Source: an uncultured delta proteobacterium (GTDB lineage Bacteria > Desulfobacterota > RBG-13-43-22). Taken from it: DNA of 64,000 bases. The DNA lies in assembly GCA_963790475.1 (NCBI GenBank), contig CAWBOS010000006.1:576001-640000 (forward strand), given 5' to 3'. Shown in pieces: positions 9,832 to 19,308 of this stretch (within the stretch, counting starts at the first letter, position 1; every line of letters starts with the position of its first letter). A model generated the notes under the pieces. That model was given only the letters and a program-made list of their open reading frames with translations, was not told the origin of the DNA and searched no databases. A program made the translations under genes and the position numbers.

Positions 9832-10938
9832 ATGAAAATCCCCCAATCATTTATCTCCAACAAAACCGTTTCCCGGCAAACCTTTGAAGGTTCAAAGGGG
9901 ACCGGCCTGAGACTATTCTTGATCGGTTTATTTTTCTTTGTCCTGTGGCTGCCCCTGATAGATATGGCATTCCACGTTTTGCCGGGAACTGAAAATACTG
10001 AAAAAAGAACCCTGGCTACGGCCCCGGAATTAGGATGGAAAAAATTTCCTGATTTTCCCAAAAACTTCGAACGCTATTTCGATGACCGGTTTGGCGGTCG
10101 AAATCTCCTTGTCCGCTTCAACAATTACATCCATGTCAAATGGTTCAAGGTCTCCCCTCTTAAGAGTGTCCTGGTTGGGAAAGAGGGCTGGCTCTTTTAT
10201 GCCCTGGATAAGGGCATCAATGATTACCGAGGCCTGGCCGCCTTTTCACCGGAACACCTGGAGACGATCCGCCGGAATATCCTCAAACAGAAGGCTTGGC
10301 TGCAAGGGAAAGGTATTCGCTTTGTTATCTTAATAGCCCCAAACAAGCATACGATCTATCCTGAATATTTACCCGAGGGGATTACCCGGGTGAATCGGAA
10401 AACAAGATTGGACCAAATATTCGAATACTTGAACCAGGACGAAAAGAAGGTTTTTGTCGATGTCAGGAAGGAACTTGTTGAAGGGAAAAAAGAAGGGTTG
10501 GTTTATTCGAAGACCGACACCCACTGGAACAGTTATGGGGCTTTTATTGCTTATCAGAAGACCATGAAAGCCTTGTCAAAAAGTTTTACCTATTCGGCTC
10601 CCCTGACTGTTTCCAATTTTTGGGTTTCGATTAAACCCAGCCATGGCCTGGGAGACCTGGCGGTCATGTTATCCTTAAATGGGAGACTTAAAGACCAGGA
10701 AGTGGACTTGAAATTGAAAGATGATTCATTGGTCCCTAAAAAGAAAATCCCCAAGGCTGTCATCCTCCACGACTCCTTTATTTTCTCCCTAAAACCTTTT
10801 CTGGGATACCATTTCGATCAGATAATTCTACAACACTGGGGGGAGAGGGGATTCGATTATCGTTTGATGGAGCAAGAAAAACCGTCGGTGGTCATCTTTC
10901 AAGTAGCCGAACGCCGCCTTGATGCCTTGCTCAAGTAG
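9832..10938 (+). CDS. AlgJ/AlgX-like SGNH O-acetyltransferase
   Basis: GKEGWLFY, APNKHTIYPE, KTDTHWN, GDL; follows the algI-like gene. Confidence 0.8.
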   Translation: MKIPQSFISNKTVSRQTFEGSKGTGLRLFLIGLFFFVLWLPLIDMAFHVLPGTENTEKRTLATAPELGWKKFPDFPKNFERYFDDRFGGRNLLVRFNNYIHVKWFKVSPLKSVLVGKEGWLFYALDKGINDYRGLAAFSPEHLETIRRNILKQKAWLQGKGIRFVILIAPNKHTIYPEYLPEGITRVNRKTRLDQIFEYLNQDEKKVFVDVRKELVEGKKEGLVYSKTDTHWNSYGAFIAYQKTMKALSKSFTYSAPLTVSNFWVSIKPSHGLGDLAVMLSLNGRLKDQEVDLKLKDDSLVPKKKIPKAVILHDSFIFSLKPFLGYHFDQIILQHWGERGFDYRLMEQEKPSVVIFQVAERRLDALLK

Positions 10939-11019
10939 AGAGGGCGGAAGAGGATATCTTTTGATAACTTCCCTTAGCGCTTCTCTTGCCTGGAATGATA
11001 TTGGGGATCCTGTTCTGAA

Positions 11020-12042
11020 TTACCACTTGGCGTAGTGTTCTTCGGTAAAGCCGGAGGCGTCTTGCAGTTCCCAGACCTGATCCCCGTCCTGTAAGGTCCC
11101 TTCAAACCGGCCAAAAGGCTGATGAAATTTGCTGACGATGAGGCCGACATTTGTATTCGCCGACCGCTTACCCTCGGGCAGGAACCGGAGGCGGACCCGA
11201 CCGTCGTTCGATTCGATGCGCCAGGGCTTCAGGAGGTCCAGGTCGTCATACCGAAAATCCACCACATCAGTCTTGACCAGACGGCCATTGACCCAGAATA
11301 CGTTTTCCGTAAATCCCGTTTCGTTGACCCCCTGGACCAGATTGAAACCGATACGGTTCCCTTCCTTGTCTAAGCCGCCGCCGGAGGACCAGTTCCAGAA
11401 GGTTTGCCGGGCCAGGTAACCCAGCGTATAATCCCGGACACCGAAAGAATTTTCTTCTTGAATATCCCAGGAAATGTCCTGGTGGCTTATCGTCCCCCGG
11501 ACAGGGAGGCCTGCTTCCTTGTGGGTGTAGTTAAAGCCTTTCAGCCCCACTCGGGTCAGGCAGACCAGGGGGTCCTTAACCTTTTGGAAAGAAAGGTTGA
11601 CGGAAAGCTTCCCCTTGATTATCCCTTCGATGGTCAGGGTTTCGGGATCACTTATCATCCGGACCGTTGTTTTCCCGGTCTCGAAATGGATTTCCCCGGT
11701 CAGCGAAGTCCCCTTAAAGATCGCGGCTCCTCCGCCAGGGGTGAGAATATTATATTCGCTGATCCGGCCGCTGCGACGGTCAAAAAGATAGGCGAATAGA
11801 TTGCACATATACCCGAGGCGGACGACGGCTAGGCCGAAGATGAGGTCGTTGTTGCAGAGACCGAGGTATTCCCATCGTTTGATCCGGTAATTCAAAATCC
11901 AGCTCCTGGTGAAAGAGGCTCGGTCTTTTGCGCCGTGAGGACGGAAATCGTTCAGATTGAGAGAGGTCAGGGGCCTTTTGTAGATGCCGAAACGAGGTCG
12001 CCCATCGACGCCGATCAAGGAGTTTTCTTCTGCCGGATTCAT
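11020..12042 (-). CDS. DUF2804-family protein
   Basis: KRWEY, TFWNWSS, ENVFWVNG, FHQPFGRF, EEHYAKW; start moved to MNPAEE to avoid overlap. Confidence 0.75.
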   Translation of the reverse strand: MNPAEENSLIGVDGRPRFGIYKRPLTSLNLNDFRPHGAKDRASFTRSWILNYRIKRWEYLGLCNNDLIFGLAVVRLGYMCNLFAYLFDRRSGRISEYNILTPGGGAAIFKGTSLTGEIHFETGKTTVRMISDPETLTIEGIIKGKLSVNLSFQKVKDPLVCLTRVGLKGFNYTHKEAGLPVRGTISHQDISWDIQEENSFGVRDYTLGYLARQTFWNWSSGGGLDKEGNRIGFNLVQGVNETGFTENVFWVNGRLVKTDVVDFRYDDLDLLKPWRIESNDGRVRLRFLPEGKRSANTNVGLIVSKFHQPFGRFEGTLQDGDQVWELQDASGFTEEHYAKW

Positions 12043-12101
12043 CTTTTCCCCTACATTTAGTTTCAGGATATTGACCGTTACCTCACCCCGAACGGATCCC
12101 T

Positions 12102-13376
12102 TTACATCATCCAGGTGGGTCTTTCCGCTATCCATTGCTTGACCGTGGAGTGCAGCCAATCTTCCAGTCCTCTGGCCAGATAAAAAGTGGGAAAAAGCAA
12201 ATGGGTGGTTTTTGTAATTACCCCCTCCTGAAGGGCGATCCGGGCCAGCGGTGTATCCGGATAAATTCGGATACCGGCCGTTATCTTGACCCCTTCCAGG
12301 GGTAAGGCATCGGCAAATTTCAGGCTTTCTTCCACCGTCGCTTTAGTTTCCCCCGGGCCGCCCAAGAGGAGAAAGCCCATACGTCTGATGCCCTGTTCTC
12401 CAAGAACTTGAGAAGTTCGACGCACATCATCGAGAGAAAAATGTTTATTCAGGGCACGGAGCACACTTGGGGAACCGCTTTCAAACCCGATGCTGGCATC
12501 CTGACAGCCGGCCTCGGCCATCAGTTTTGCCAATTCGGCATCGACCTTTCCGGGGTAGAGGATGCATACCCAGCGGGGTTTTGATTTAAGGCCTTTAAGT
12601 TGCCGGCACAAGGCTTTGGCATAGTCCGGCGGGAGATTAAAGATGTTATCGGTAAAATAAAACTGTTCCAGTCCGGCTTCCATCTGTCGGTTGATGTCCT
12701 CAGCCACCGCTTCCGGAGAACGCTTTCGAATCGTTTTTCCTTCGATAGTCGCGGTGGAGCAGTAACTGCAATCCATGGGACAGCCCCGTCGTGTCTGCAC
12801 GGTCATCCAGTATTTCTTGAGATCCCTGCCGGAGCTGAACCAGGAAAAGACATCCTGCCAGGGCAGGGCATCCAGTTGCGGCACAAAGGTCCTTTGGCCC
12901 TGGAGGCCTTTGCCCCGAAGATAAAGACCGGGGAGTCCGGAAAGGTCTTCTTTCCGATGCAGTCGATCTACCAGTTGGGGGAATATGGCTTCCCCCTCTC
13001 CCAGAATACCCATGTCGGCCTCCAGGTACTCGAGAGTCTGTTCGGGAAATATGCTGAAGCCGGCCCCGCCAAGAACGATAGGGGCGGAGGAGAATTGACG
13101 GCATAAGGAAACAATCTCCTTGTTGCGGTCCAAAAGAAAACGGGCCGGTTCCATCTTCTGATCGTCGATGTTTCTTATCGACAGGCCGATTACTTCAGGA
13201 TTAAAAGTACTGATCCCAACCCGAACGGATTCAATGGGGTTCTCTTCTTCCATCAGATCCAAAAGCGTTACCTCATGCCCGGCCTTCTTGGTAGCGGCGG
13301 CTACACAAGCCAATCCCAAAGGCAAGGTACGCATATGGATCTCTTCACGATTGGCAGAAATTAATAATACTCTCAT
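12102..13376 (-). CDS. B12-binding domain radical SAM protein
   Basis: PLGLACVA, SIRNID, RGCPMDCSYC, GIRIYPDT. Confidence 0.9.
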   Translation of the reverse strand: MRVLLISANREEIHMRTLPLGLACVAAATKKAGHEVTLLDLMEEENPIESVRVGISTFNPEVIGLSIRNIDDQKMEPARFLLDRNKEIVSLCRQFSSAPIVLGGAGFSIFPEQTLEYLEADMGILGEGEAIFPQLVDRLHRKEDLSGLPGLYLRGKGLQGQRTFVPQLDALPWQDVFSWFSSGRDLKKYWMTVQTRRGCPMDCSYCSTATIEGKTIRKRSPEAVAEDINRQMEAGLEQFYFTDNIFNLPPDYAKALCRQLKGLKSKPRWVCILYPGKVDAELAKLMAEAGCQDASIGFESGSPSVLRALNKHFSLDDVRRTSQVLGEQGIRRMGFLLLGGPGETKATVEESLKFADALPLEGVKITAGIRIYPDTPLARIALQEGVITKTTHLLFPTFYLARGLEDWLHSTVKQWIAERPTWMM

Positions 13377-13444
13377 GGGGACTCCAGCAGACGGTTCTTA
13401 CTTGACCTAAAAATTAATATTGACTATTCCGGATACTGTTACTC

Positions 13445-13936
13445 TTAAACTGATCCTTTATGAATCGGGAGGGTTTGTTTGTTGGTCAAAAAGTCCTGCA
13501 AAAGCCGAACATGGCGTTTTTCTTCTTCAATGATCCGGTCAATCTGGTTCAGGGTCTGTTCATCTTCGATAAAGGCGCTGAGCATTTCATAAAAAAGGAC
13601 GGTGTCCTTTTCAAATTCTATTGACAAGGTAAGCAAACTATCAAGGTCCTCTATCCTTGAGAAATCAGCCTCATCAATGGAAAAGGTGTGATCCCCCAGG
13701 ACCCCTTGCAGGACGGCCTTGCCCATTTCCTCTAACTGGGGATCTTCGAGATCGGTCTTCGTATTTTCTTTGAGCCGTGGAAACCATTTTTCATGTTCGG
13801 CCTCTTCGTCGGCCAGCCACCCGAGCATAGAGGCCAAAGCAGGGTCAGTTACCTGCTGCTGTGCCTTTCGATAGGCCTTTTGTCCGTTGGTTTCGATACG
13901 GACGGCCAGATCGATAATTTCGCCCAAAGTGAACAT
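13445..13936 (-). CDS. Ferritin-like / rubrerythrin-family protein
   Basis: Diiron motifs LADEEAEH and IIEEEKRH. Confidence 0.85.
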   Translation of the reverse strand: MFTLGEIIDLAVRIETNGQKAYRKAQQQVTDPALASMLGWLADEEAEHEKWFPRLKENTKTDLEDPQLEEMGKAVLQGVLGDHTFSIDEADFSRIEDLDSLLTLSIEFEKDTVLFYEMLSAFIEDEQTLNQIDRIIEEEKRHVRLLQDFLTNKQTLPIHKGSV

Positions 13937-13944
13937 CTTCCAGA

Positions 13945-14142
13945 TTAACTCGCCACGGCATATTCTACTGACCTTGGATTTTCAATTCGTTTTGACGCAT
14001 CCAAGATCTCCATGCCCACAATATTACCGTCCTTATCATAATCGAGAATGATACCTGGCTTGTCTTCATCACTTTCCTCGATAGAGGCACTGCTAAAAAG
14101 GATGCGCAAGACGTCCACTTCTGGGTCATAGGTTACTTTCAT
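13945..14142 (-). CDS. DUF2283 protein (putative antitoxin)
   Basis: MKVTYDPEVDVLRI...LDYDKDGNIVGMEILDAS. Confidence 0.85.
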   Translation of the reverse strand: MKVTYDPEVDVLRILFSSASIEESDEDKPGIILDYDKDGNIVGMEILDASKRIENPRSVEYAVAS

Positions 14143-14204
14143 GACACCCTCCAATATTTCAAAATCTTACTGGTTCGATAAGCCGTGATCACCATAGCTA
14201 CCAT
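14139..14204 (-). pseudogene. C-terminal remnant of a DUF4258-like toxin
   Basis: Translates MVAMVITAYRTSKILKYWRVS*; stop overlaps the DUF2283 start (ATGA). Confidence 0.65.
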
Positions 14205-14243
14205 TCTTAATAAAATTTGCTATGTTCGATCTCAGATCTCCTG

Positions 14244-14903
14244 TTATATTTCGTTCTTCTCAAGGAAGCTATAGTAGGTCGTTCGGTTAAAGATAATATG
14301 ATCGAGGAGTTTGATGCCCAAGATCTCTCCTGCTGATTGGAGCTGTTTGGTGATTTCAATGTCTTCTTTGCCGGGTTCCACATTTCCCGACGGGTGGTTG
14401 TGGGCAATGATGACCGCGCTGGCCCGGTCCGTTATGGCATCGGCAAAAACCTCGCGGGGGTGGACATGGGTCTTGTTGACCAACCCAACGGAGATGACCC
14501 GCACGGCTATGACTTCATTGGAACCATTTAAGGAAACGCAGAGAAAATGTTCCTGCTTTCTGTCGGCGTAATGCTGAATCAAGGGGAGCACCTCGGCCGG
14601 AAAACTTATTTTAAACCCTTCCGGTTTAATCCTTCTTCGGGCAAATTCAAGAGCAGCAGAAATCAGGGTTGCTTTGGCCGGTCCCATGCCGGCAATACTC
14701 TGCAGGGCCTTACAATCGGGCGTCCCTCCATTAGAATCAATGGCGGTTAAGACCTGGCCGGCAACGGACATCACATCATGCCCTTCAATTCCCCTGCCGA
14801 GAAGAATTGCGATAAGTTCTACGTCGGACAAAGCCTGCGGCCCTTTCTTCATTAGCTTTTCCCTCGGCCTTTCATCCGGTGGAATGTCTTTGACCCGTTT
14901 CAT
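14244..14903 (-). CDS. radC: RadC / JAB-domain protein
   Basis: ERPREKL, HPREVF, AHNHPSG..PGKED, LLDHII. Confidence 0.92.
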   Translation of the reverse strand: MKRVKDIPPDERPREKLMKKGPQALSDVELIAILLGRGIEGHDVMSVAGQVLTAIDSNGGTPDCKALQSIAGMGPAKATLISAALEFARRRIKPEGFKISFPAEVLPLIQHYADRKQEHFLCVSLNGSNEVIAVRVISVGLVNKTHVHPREVFADAITDRASAVIIAHNHPSGNVEPGKEDIEITKQLQSAGEILGIKLLDHIIFNRTTYYSFLEKNEI

Positions 14904-15006
14904 TGACCTTTACCTTGGTATATTCTATGCGCAGTAGGAAATTGCAGCACATAGCAAATACTATATTTTTCCCTCGGTGATATTTGGAAATTCAAACCTA
15001 TATTGA

Positions 15007-15510
15007 TTAAAAGGTCCATTTTTCTTCTTTAATTAAATCAGGAATCCCTATCCATTCCACAGAGAATTCATCGCAGATGTTTGGAATCTTAAGCTTATGT
15101 TGTTTTTTGGGTTGGGAAAGAGGAAGGCTTAAAGAGGGATGTTCTCCTGTTACTACTGTCCAGCTATGTGCTTTAGCGGTAGCAACGACAAAGGGATCTG
15201 CGAGATTCCTTCCTTTTGCAGTCCAGTCAGGATAATTTGAAGATATTTCCTTTAAAGCTTCTTGCGTTATTATGTCAGGATCAATAAATGCTTCCGGGTA
15301 AATTTTTTTTATTTTCTTGATCCACTGTGCAACGGAATGGGTTTTTTTTGTCGCTTCCTGGGCAACTAAAACCGGGATTTTAAGCCGACCGGTTTCAATC
15401 ATCTCCTCAAGACGTTTCCAGAAAGAAGGGAAAAGGTCCGGCGGATACCATCTTATACCGGCATCAAAAAGAGCGCTTGTATCAAAACAATAAATTTTGT
15501 TATGCGCCAT
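15007..15510 (-). CDS. DUF4411-family PIN-like protein
   Basis: YCFDTSA, ADPFVVATA, VVTGE, KIPNIC. Confidence 0.85.
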   Translation of the reverse strand: MAHNKIYCFDTSALFDAGIRWYPPDLFPSFWKRLEEMIETGRLKIPVLVAQEATKKTHSVAQWIKKIKKIYPEAFIDPDIITQEALKEISSNYPDWTAKGRNLADPFVVATAKAHSWTVVTGEHPSLSLPLSQPKKQHKLKIPNICDEFSVEWIGIPDLIKEEKWTF

Positions 15511-16702
15511 GTCTAAAAATTATTGCTCTGCCAAATAATTCCTCTTCTACCGGTCCCATATGTTTAAGATTGATCCCGGTAAGGGAAGCAACATCGGCGG
15601 TCGTTATTAAATCTTCGTAAAGTGCATTAAGTACCAGCTTAGCGTATGTCCTACCAATTTTATTTAGGATACGGTATTTATATGGGACAGGTGCGGATTT
15701 TTCTTTTTTTCTCACCCGATACAATTCATATTCTTTTAAGAAATCCTTTCGTCTTGAAAGATAATGATTTTGATTGGTCTTTCCTAATTCCAATAATCTA
15801 AGAAGCATCGCTTCCCTACTTACCGAATACCGCTGCGCCAAAGGAAAAAGCTTATCTTCCGGCCATTCTGTTTTTCTGTTTGCGGTGTTCACCTCGGATT
15901 CTTCAAGAAGGTAATTCTTCGGCATGAGGATTCCTGAAGCTACCCGGTTGCAGAAAATCTCAGTTATTGAATCAGTGGTGTTTTCGTCCAAAGAGTAATC
16001 TAAAGGATTGCACACCCCGGCACTGTTAATGGCAAGGTGAACTAACTCATGCATTAATGTAAAGATTCGCCCCGCATCGGTATCCTGACCATTTAGGAGA
16101 ATTACAGGGACACCCTCCCCTCCAATGGAAACACCTCGAAAAATATTTAAACTTATCCTTTCGGAAGAAAAAACCAGGATCCCAAGCTGCTCTATTTTTT
16201 CGGTCCAAATTTTCCTGGCAATTGCATTATTTCTCCAATCAAATTGTTCTTGGAGGCTTACCTTTAGGACATCTCTCAGTTTTTCAGATCCCTCTTCGGG
16301 GTCTTCAGACAAATTGACAGAAGGATATGAGTGTAAGCCTCTCTCCCCAAATTCTTCCAAAAGATCAAGCGCATCTTCCCGTAACCGTTGTACACGGCGG
16401 ATTTCTTTATTGAGAATGGGATCGATATAGCCCGGAATATCTGCAACCTGTCTAAAGTCATGAGGAAGCGGCTCATCGGTTGGTAAATCCGATAAATAAA
16501 AAATCGCCGGGGGCTGGGAGTATTTTTCTGCTATGGTATATAATTGTTTAACTGACGGGTATTTTTCACCATTTTCCCAGGAAGTTAGTTTATCTTTCGA
16601 GATGTTGATCTTTTTCGCCGCGACACCAGGGTCCAAACCAATGCGTTCTCTGGCCCATTTTAGGATTTTAGGATTTATTATTGCTTCTGTTCTCGTTTGC
16701 AT
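15500..16702 (-). CDS. XRE-HTH + ImmA/IrrE Zn-metallopeptidase
   Basis: N-terminal HTH (LKWARE...WENG); HELVH (HExxH); EIFCNRVA; overlaps the DUF4411 start. Confidence 0.9.
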   Translation of the reverse strand: MQTRTEAIINPKILKWARERIGLDPGVAAKKINISKDKLTSWENGEKYPSVKQLYTIAEKYSQPPAIFYLSDLPTDEPLPHDFRQVADIPGYIDPILNKEIRRVQRLREDALDLLEEFGERGLHSYPSVNLSEDPEEGSEKLRDVLKVSLQEQFDWRNNAIARKIWTEKIEQLGILVFSSERISLNIFRGVSIGGEGVPVILLNGQDTDAGRIFTLMHELVHLAINSAGVCNPLDYSLDENTTDSITEIFCNRVASGILMPKNYLLEESEVNTANRKTEWPEDKLFPLAQRYSVSREAMLLRLLELGKTNQNHYLSRRKDFLKEYELYRVRKKEKSAPVPYKYRILNKIGRTYAKLVLNALYEDLITTADVASLTGINLKHMGPVEEELFGRAIIFRHGA

Positions 16703-16865
16703 ACTTGTTTCTAAGAAGAGCTATTATAAATAATAATCCCCATATTCCCACAATCAAATCTTTTCGTCAATTCAACTTTTAGGGTCTTTGTTTTGGCCCC
16801 GACTCAGATTTTGATCTTCAGTTTGAGAAGATAAATGGGGGGATATTTCTTACATTTTTCTCCCA

Positions 16866-17651
16866 TTATTTTGCAAGATAATACCAGTGTTGCTTTCCAG
16901 GAATGGTTTCTAAATTTAAAGGAGAACAAATCATATTGTCAACTTCGTCCATGATTTGAACCACTAACTGGCTTAATTGAAGAGCTGACAGTAAAGACCA
17001 CTCAACTTTATCTCCAATCTTTATCTTTCTGTCATAATTGATAAATTCAGAGGCTGCAACTTCACATAATTCCTTATCAGCCATATTAGAGTTATGAACA
17101 GCGACATTTCTCAATTCGAAAAAAAAGTTTATGCAGGGTTTATATGATGGATGAAAGTTATGTTTAAATATATCTTCTACAAAGTTCAGACCACGACCAA
17201 GCTTTTTCCACATAAAATTTTTAACATTATGGGGCTTGGCATTGCCTGTCTTATGCTTTTTTGAAAAGGCATCGACCTTTTCTGGAAATCTATTTATGGT
17301 TTCTCTTATGATTTCCGAAAAATATTTCTCGTAGCCACCTAATATTTTGACAGCAGCCCCAAAGGAGGAAAATTCTCTGACTAAGGGTTGGTATTCTCCG
17401 ATTGCACCATCTGAAAGTGAAAATGTAATTGTGAATCCAGAAAACTCGAATCTGTACCAGTCGTCAACAACGTCCGGGGCCTTCGATCTCATAAGCTTTT
17501 GTAGCTCCTCGGCCCGATCTACCCAAAAGTGGGTAAAATTGTTGGCATACATTACTGTTTTTATTATATTGTTACAAGACCAGTAAATGTTGCTTCTTTG
17601 AACGATTCCCAGCTTCCCGTTTAAAAATCCATCTTTATTTATCCCAGACAT
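16866..17651 (-). CDS. Hypothetical protein with HEPN-like RxxxxH motif
   Basis: 261 aa from ATG MSGINK; ELRNVAVHNS; AT-rich. Confidence 0.6.
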   Translation of the reverse strand: MSGINKDGFLNGKLGIVQRSNIYWSCNNIIKTVMYANNFTHFWVDRAEELQKLMRSKAPDVVDDWYRFEFSGFTITFSLSDGAIGEYQPLVREFSSFGAAVKILGGYEKYFSEIIRETINRFPEKVDAFSKKHKTGNAKPHNVKNFMWKKLGRGLNFVEDIFKHNFHPSYKPCINFFFELRNVAVHNSNMADKELCEVAASEFINYDRKIKIGDKVEWSLLSALQLSQLVVQIMDEVDNMICSPLNLETIPGKQHWYYLAK

Positions 17652-17757
17652 TGATTTTATCTCGTTTTTCTTTGATTCTTTTAAATAATTCAGATGCTGG
17701 TTCGTCGTTTGGGTCTTGGGGGACGAGTTCACCACGAAATTTTTTGATCTTTTTCAT
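17635..17757 (-). CDS. 40-aa mini-ORF made of an HsdS C-terminal tail (peptide or remnant)
   Basis: GAGGTG-aaa-ATG; MKKIKKFRGELVPQDPNDEPASELFKRIKEKRDKINVWDK*; 35/42 nt identical to the hsdS 3' end; too short for the ORF track. Confidence 0.5.
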   Translation of the reverse strand: MKKIKKFRGELVPQDPNDEPASELFKRIKEKRDKINVWDK

Positions 17758-17773
17758 TTTCACCTCATTCCCT

Positions 17774-19279
17774 CTATTTTTGAAAAATTTTCCCCTTCGT
17801 TCGTCCTGTATCGGATATATACTCAGAAATCCTTGCCTGTTCAGAAGGCAAATCTTTAATTATATTAAAATGTGTTCTGAGATAATCTCGGTTAAGGTTT
17901 GTTTCTTCTATATCCCAATGCAAAACCCTTGCGATTACCCTTTCCAGAATGCACAACATATGCTCCTTGGCCATAAATAGCGCTCCAACCAAATCCCGGG
18001 GAAAGGGATCTCCATGAATAAGATTGTTCCTAATATCGACAAGTCCTGCTACCTCTCTTTCACGGAATATCGGCCATAAATCCGAAAGGTCGACTGAATA
18101 TTTCTCACAAAACACCTCAAACGCTTCTCGAAGAGACACACGATTCAATTCGTTAAGTTTTCGGTTAATAGATTTCCTTTGTTCATTTCCAAGCTTAGGG
18201 TTTCTCGAGTTTTTAATACATTCCTCGAGATACAATCTTAAAGCAGACCAGTCTTTTTTTGATAAAACAAATTCAATATTTTCCCTCCTTCTGAAATCAA
18301 GGATGAGCGTTTCAAGCCCTGAGAACATTCTCAGGAAGGAAGCTTCTATCGTATGTGGCGTTACTGGCGAAATGGAATAAAGGGCGTTACGAAGTGATAA
18401 CTTATTCTCGAACTGCAAGAATATTGGATAACATGTATTCATAAATTTTTCAAATAATTGGATATCTATTACACCATCATTAAATCTTTTTTCATTATCA
18501 TTCTCAGGGAATATGTAGTTTCCTCGGTAAAAAGTCGTGTACGCACTATTATCGCTGGCGGTCCATCCAGAGCAGACTGTCCTTTGCCTTGCGGCAAATG
18601 ATGCGATAAGCAGGAAGTCATCAATAACCTGCAATACGCTATTTTTCAGTTTTGTTGTATCATCAGCGGGAATATCCAGTTCTGTACACGCGGCTAAAAA
18701 AGACCACTGTATTAAATCGCCATTTTTGGCGGTTTTATCTTTAAAATGCTTTTCAAATACAAGTCTGACGTTATCTTTTATTGTGAATTCAAGGTTCTTT
18801 ACCATCTCATTTTTAATTTCACCTGTGTACAACCTGGAACGTGCCATTAAGGGAGGTGTTAGTAGCCAATTCGGGCTGATCCAGAAAACTATCCTGGTTT
18901 TCATCTGATCATCATCATTTCTAAGATGATGGATAATGTGGAGGTCATGTGGATCGCCAGGGATGGTAATCTCAGGTTTACCATCACCCCAGTATTTTGT
19001 TGAACTTTTTGAAAAATAGATTTCGGGTGCTTCAATAGTAGTTTCGATCTTTTTGTCAAAATCGTAAACGTAGGCCTTTAGCGCTCCTCTATGGGAATCC
19101 ATTATTTTGGTTCCATCTTCTTTCGAAGGTTTAAGTACAACATAAGGTCTATCTTGGATTCTTTCAGGTAAGAATATCTTGCATGGCACGTCATTAATTT
19201 CAACGCCATTCATAACCAATGTGGCTTTGACAAGATAATTTTCTTCGCGGTCAAGTTCTGATATCTTGGTATCTCTCAA
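17774..19279 (-). CDS. ApeA/YopA-like HEPN-domain protein
   Basis: 501 aa; FSGLETL helix and C-terminal DIRNNLIHG (RxxxxH); TTG start with AAGGA RBS; AT-rich. Confidence 0.65.
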   Translation of the reverse strand: MRDTKISELDREENYLVKATLVMNGVEINDVPCKIFLPERIQDRPYVVLKPSKEDGTKIMDSHRGALKAYVYDFDKKIETTIEAPEIYFSKSSTKYWGDGKPEITIPGDPHDLHIIHHLRNDDDQMKTRIVFWISPNWLLTPPLMARSRLYTGEIKNEMVKNLEFTIKDNVRLVFEKHFKDKTAKNGDLIQWSFLAACTELDIPADDTTKLKNSVLQVIDDFLLIASFAARQRTVCSGWTASDNSAYTTFYRGNYIFPENDNEKRFNDGVIDIQLFEKFMNTCYPIFLQFENKLSLRNALYSISPVTPHTIEASFLRMFSGLETLILDFRRRENIEFVLSKKDWSALRLYLEECIKNSRNPKLGNEQRKSINRKLNELNRVSLREAFEVFCEKYSVDLSDLWPIFREREVAGLVDIRNNLIHGDPFPRDLVGALFMAKEHMLCILERVIARVLHWDIEETNLNRDYLRTHFNIIKDLPSEQARISEYISDTGRTKGKIFQK

Positions 19280-19308
19280 AATATATCCTTTATATTGAGG
19301 GATTCTAT

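Noticed and set aside
17651-17735. GTG-start 28-aa N-terminal extension of the 16866 ORF
   Set aside because: No RBS; the overlapping frame encodes the recognisable HsdS tail, so ATG 17651 is preferred
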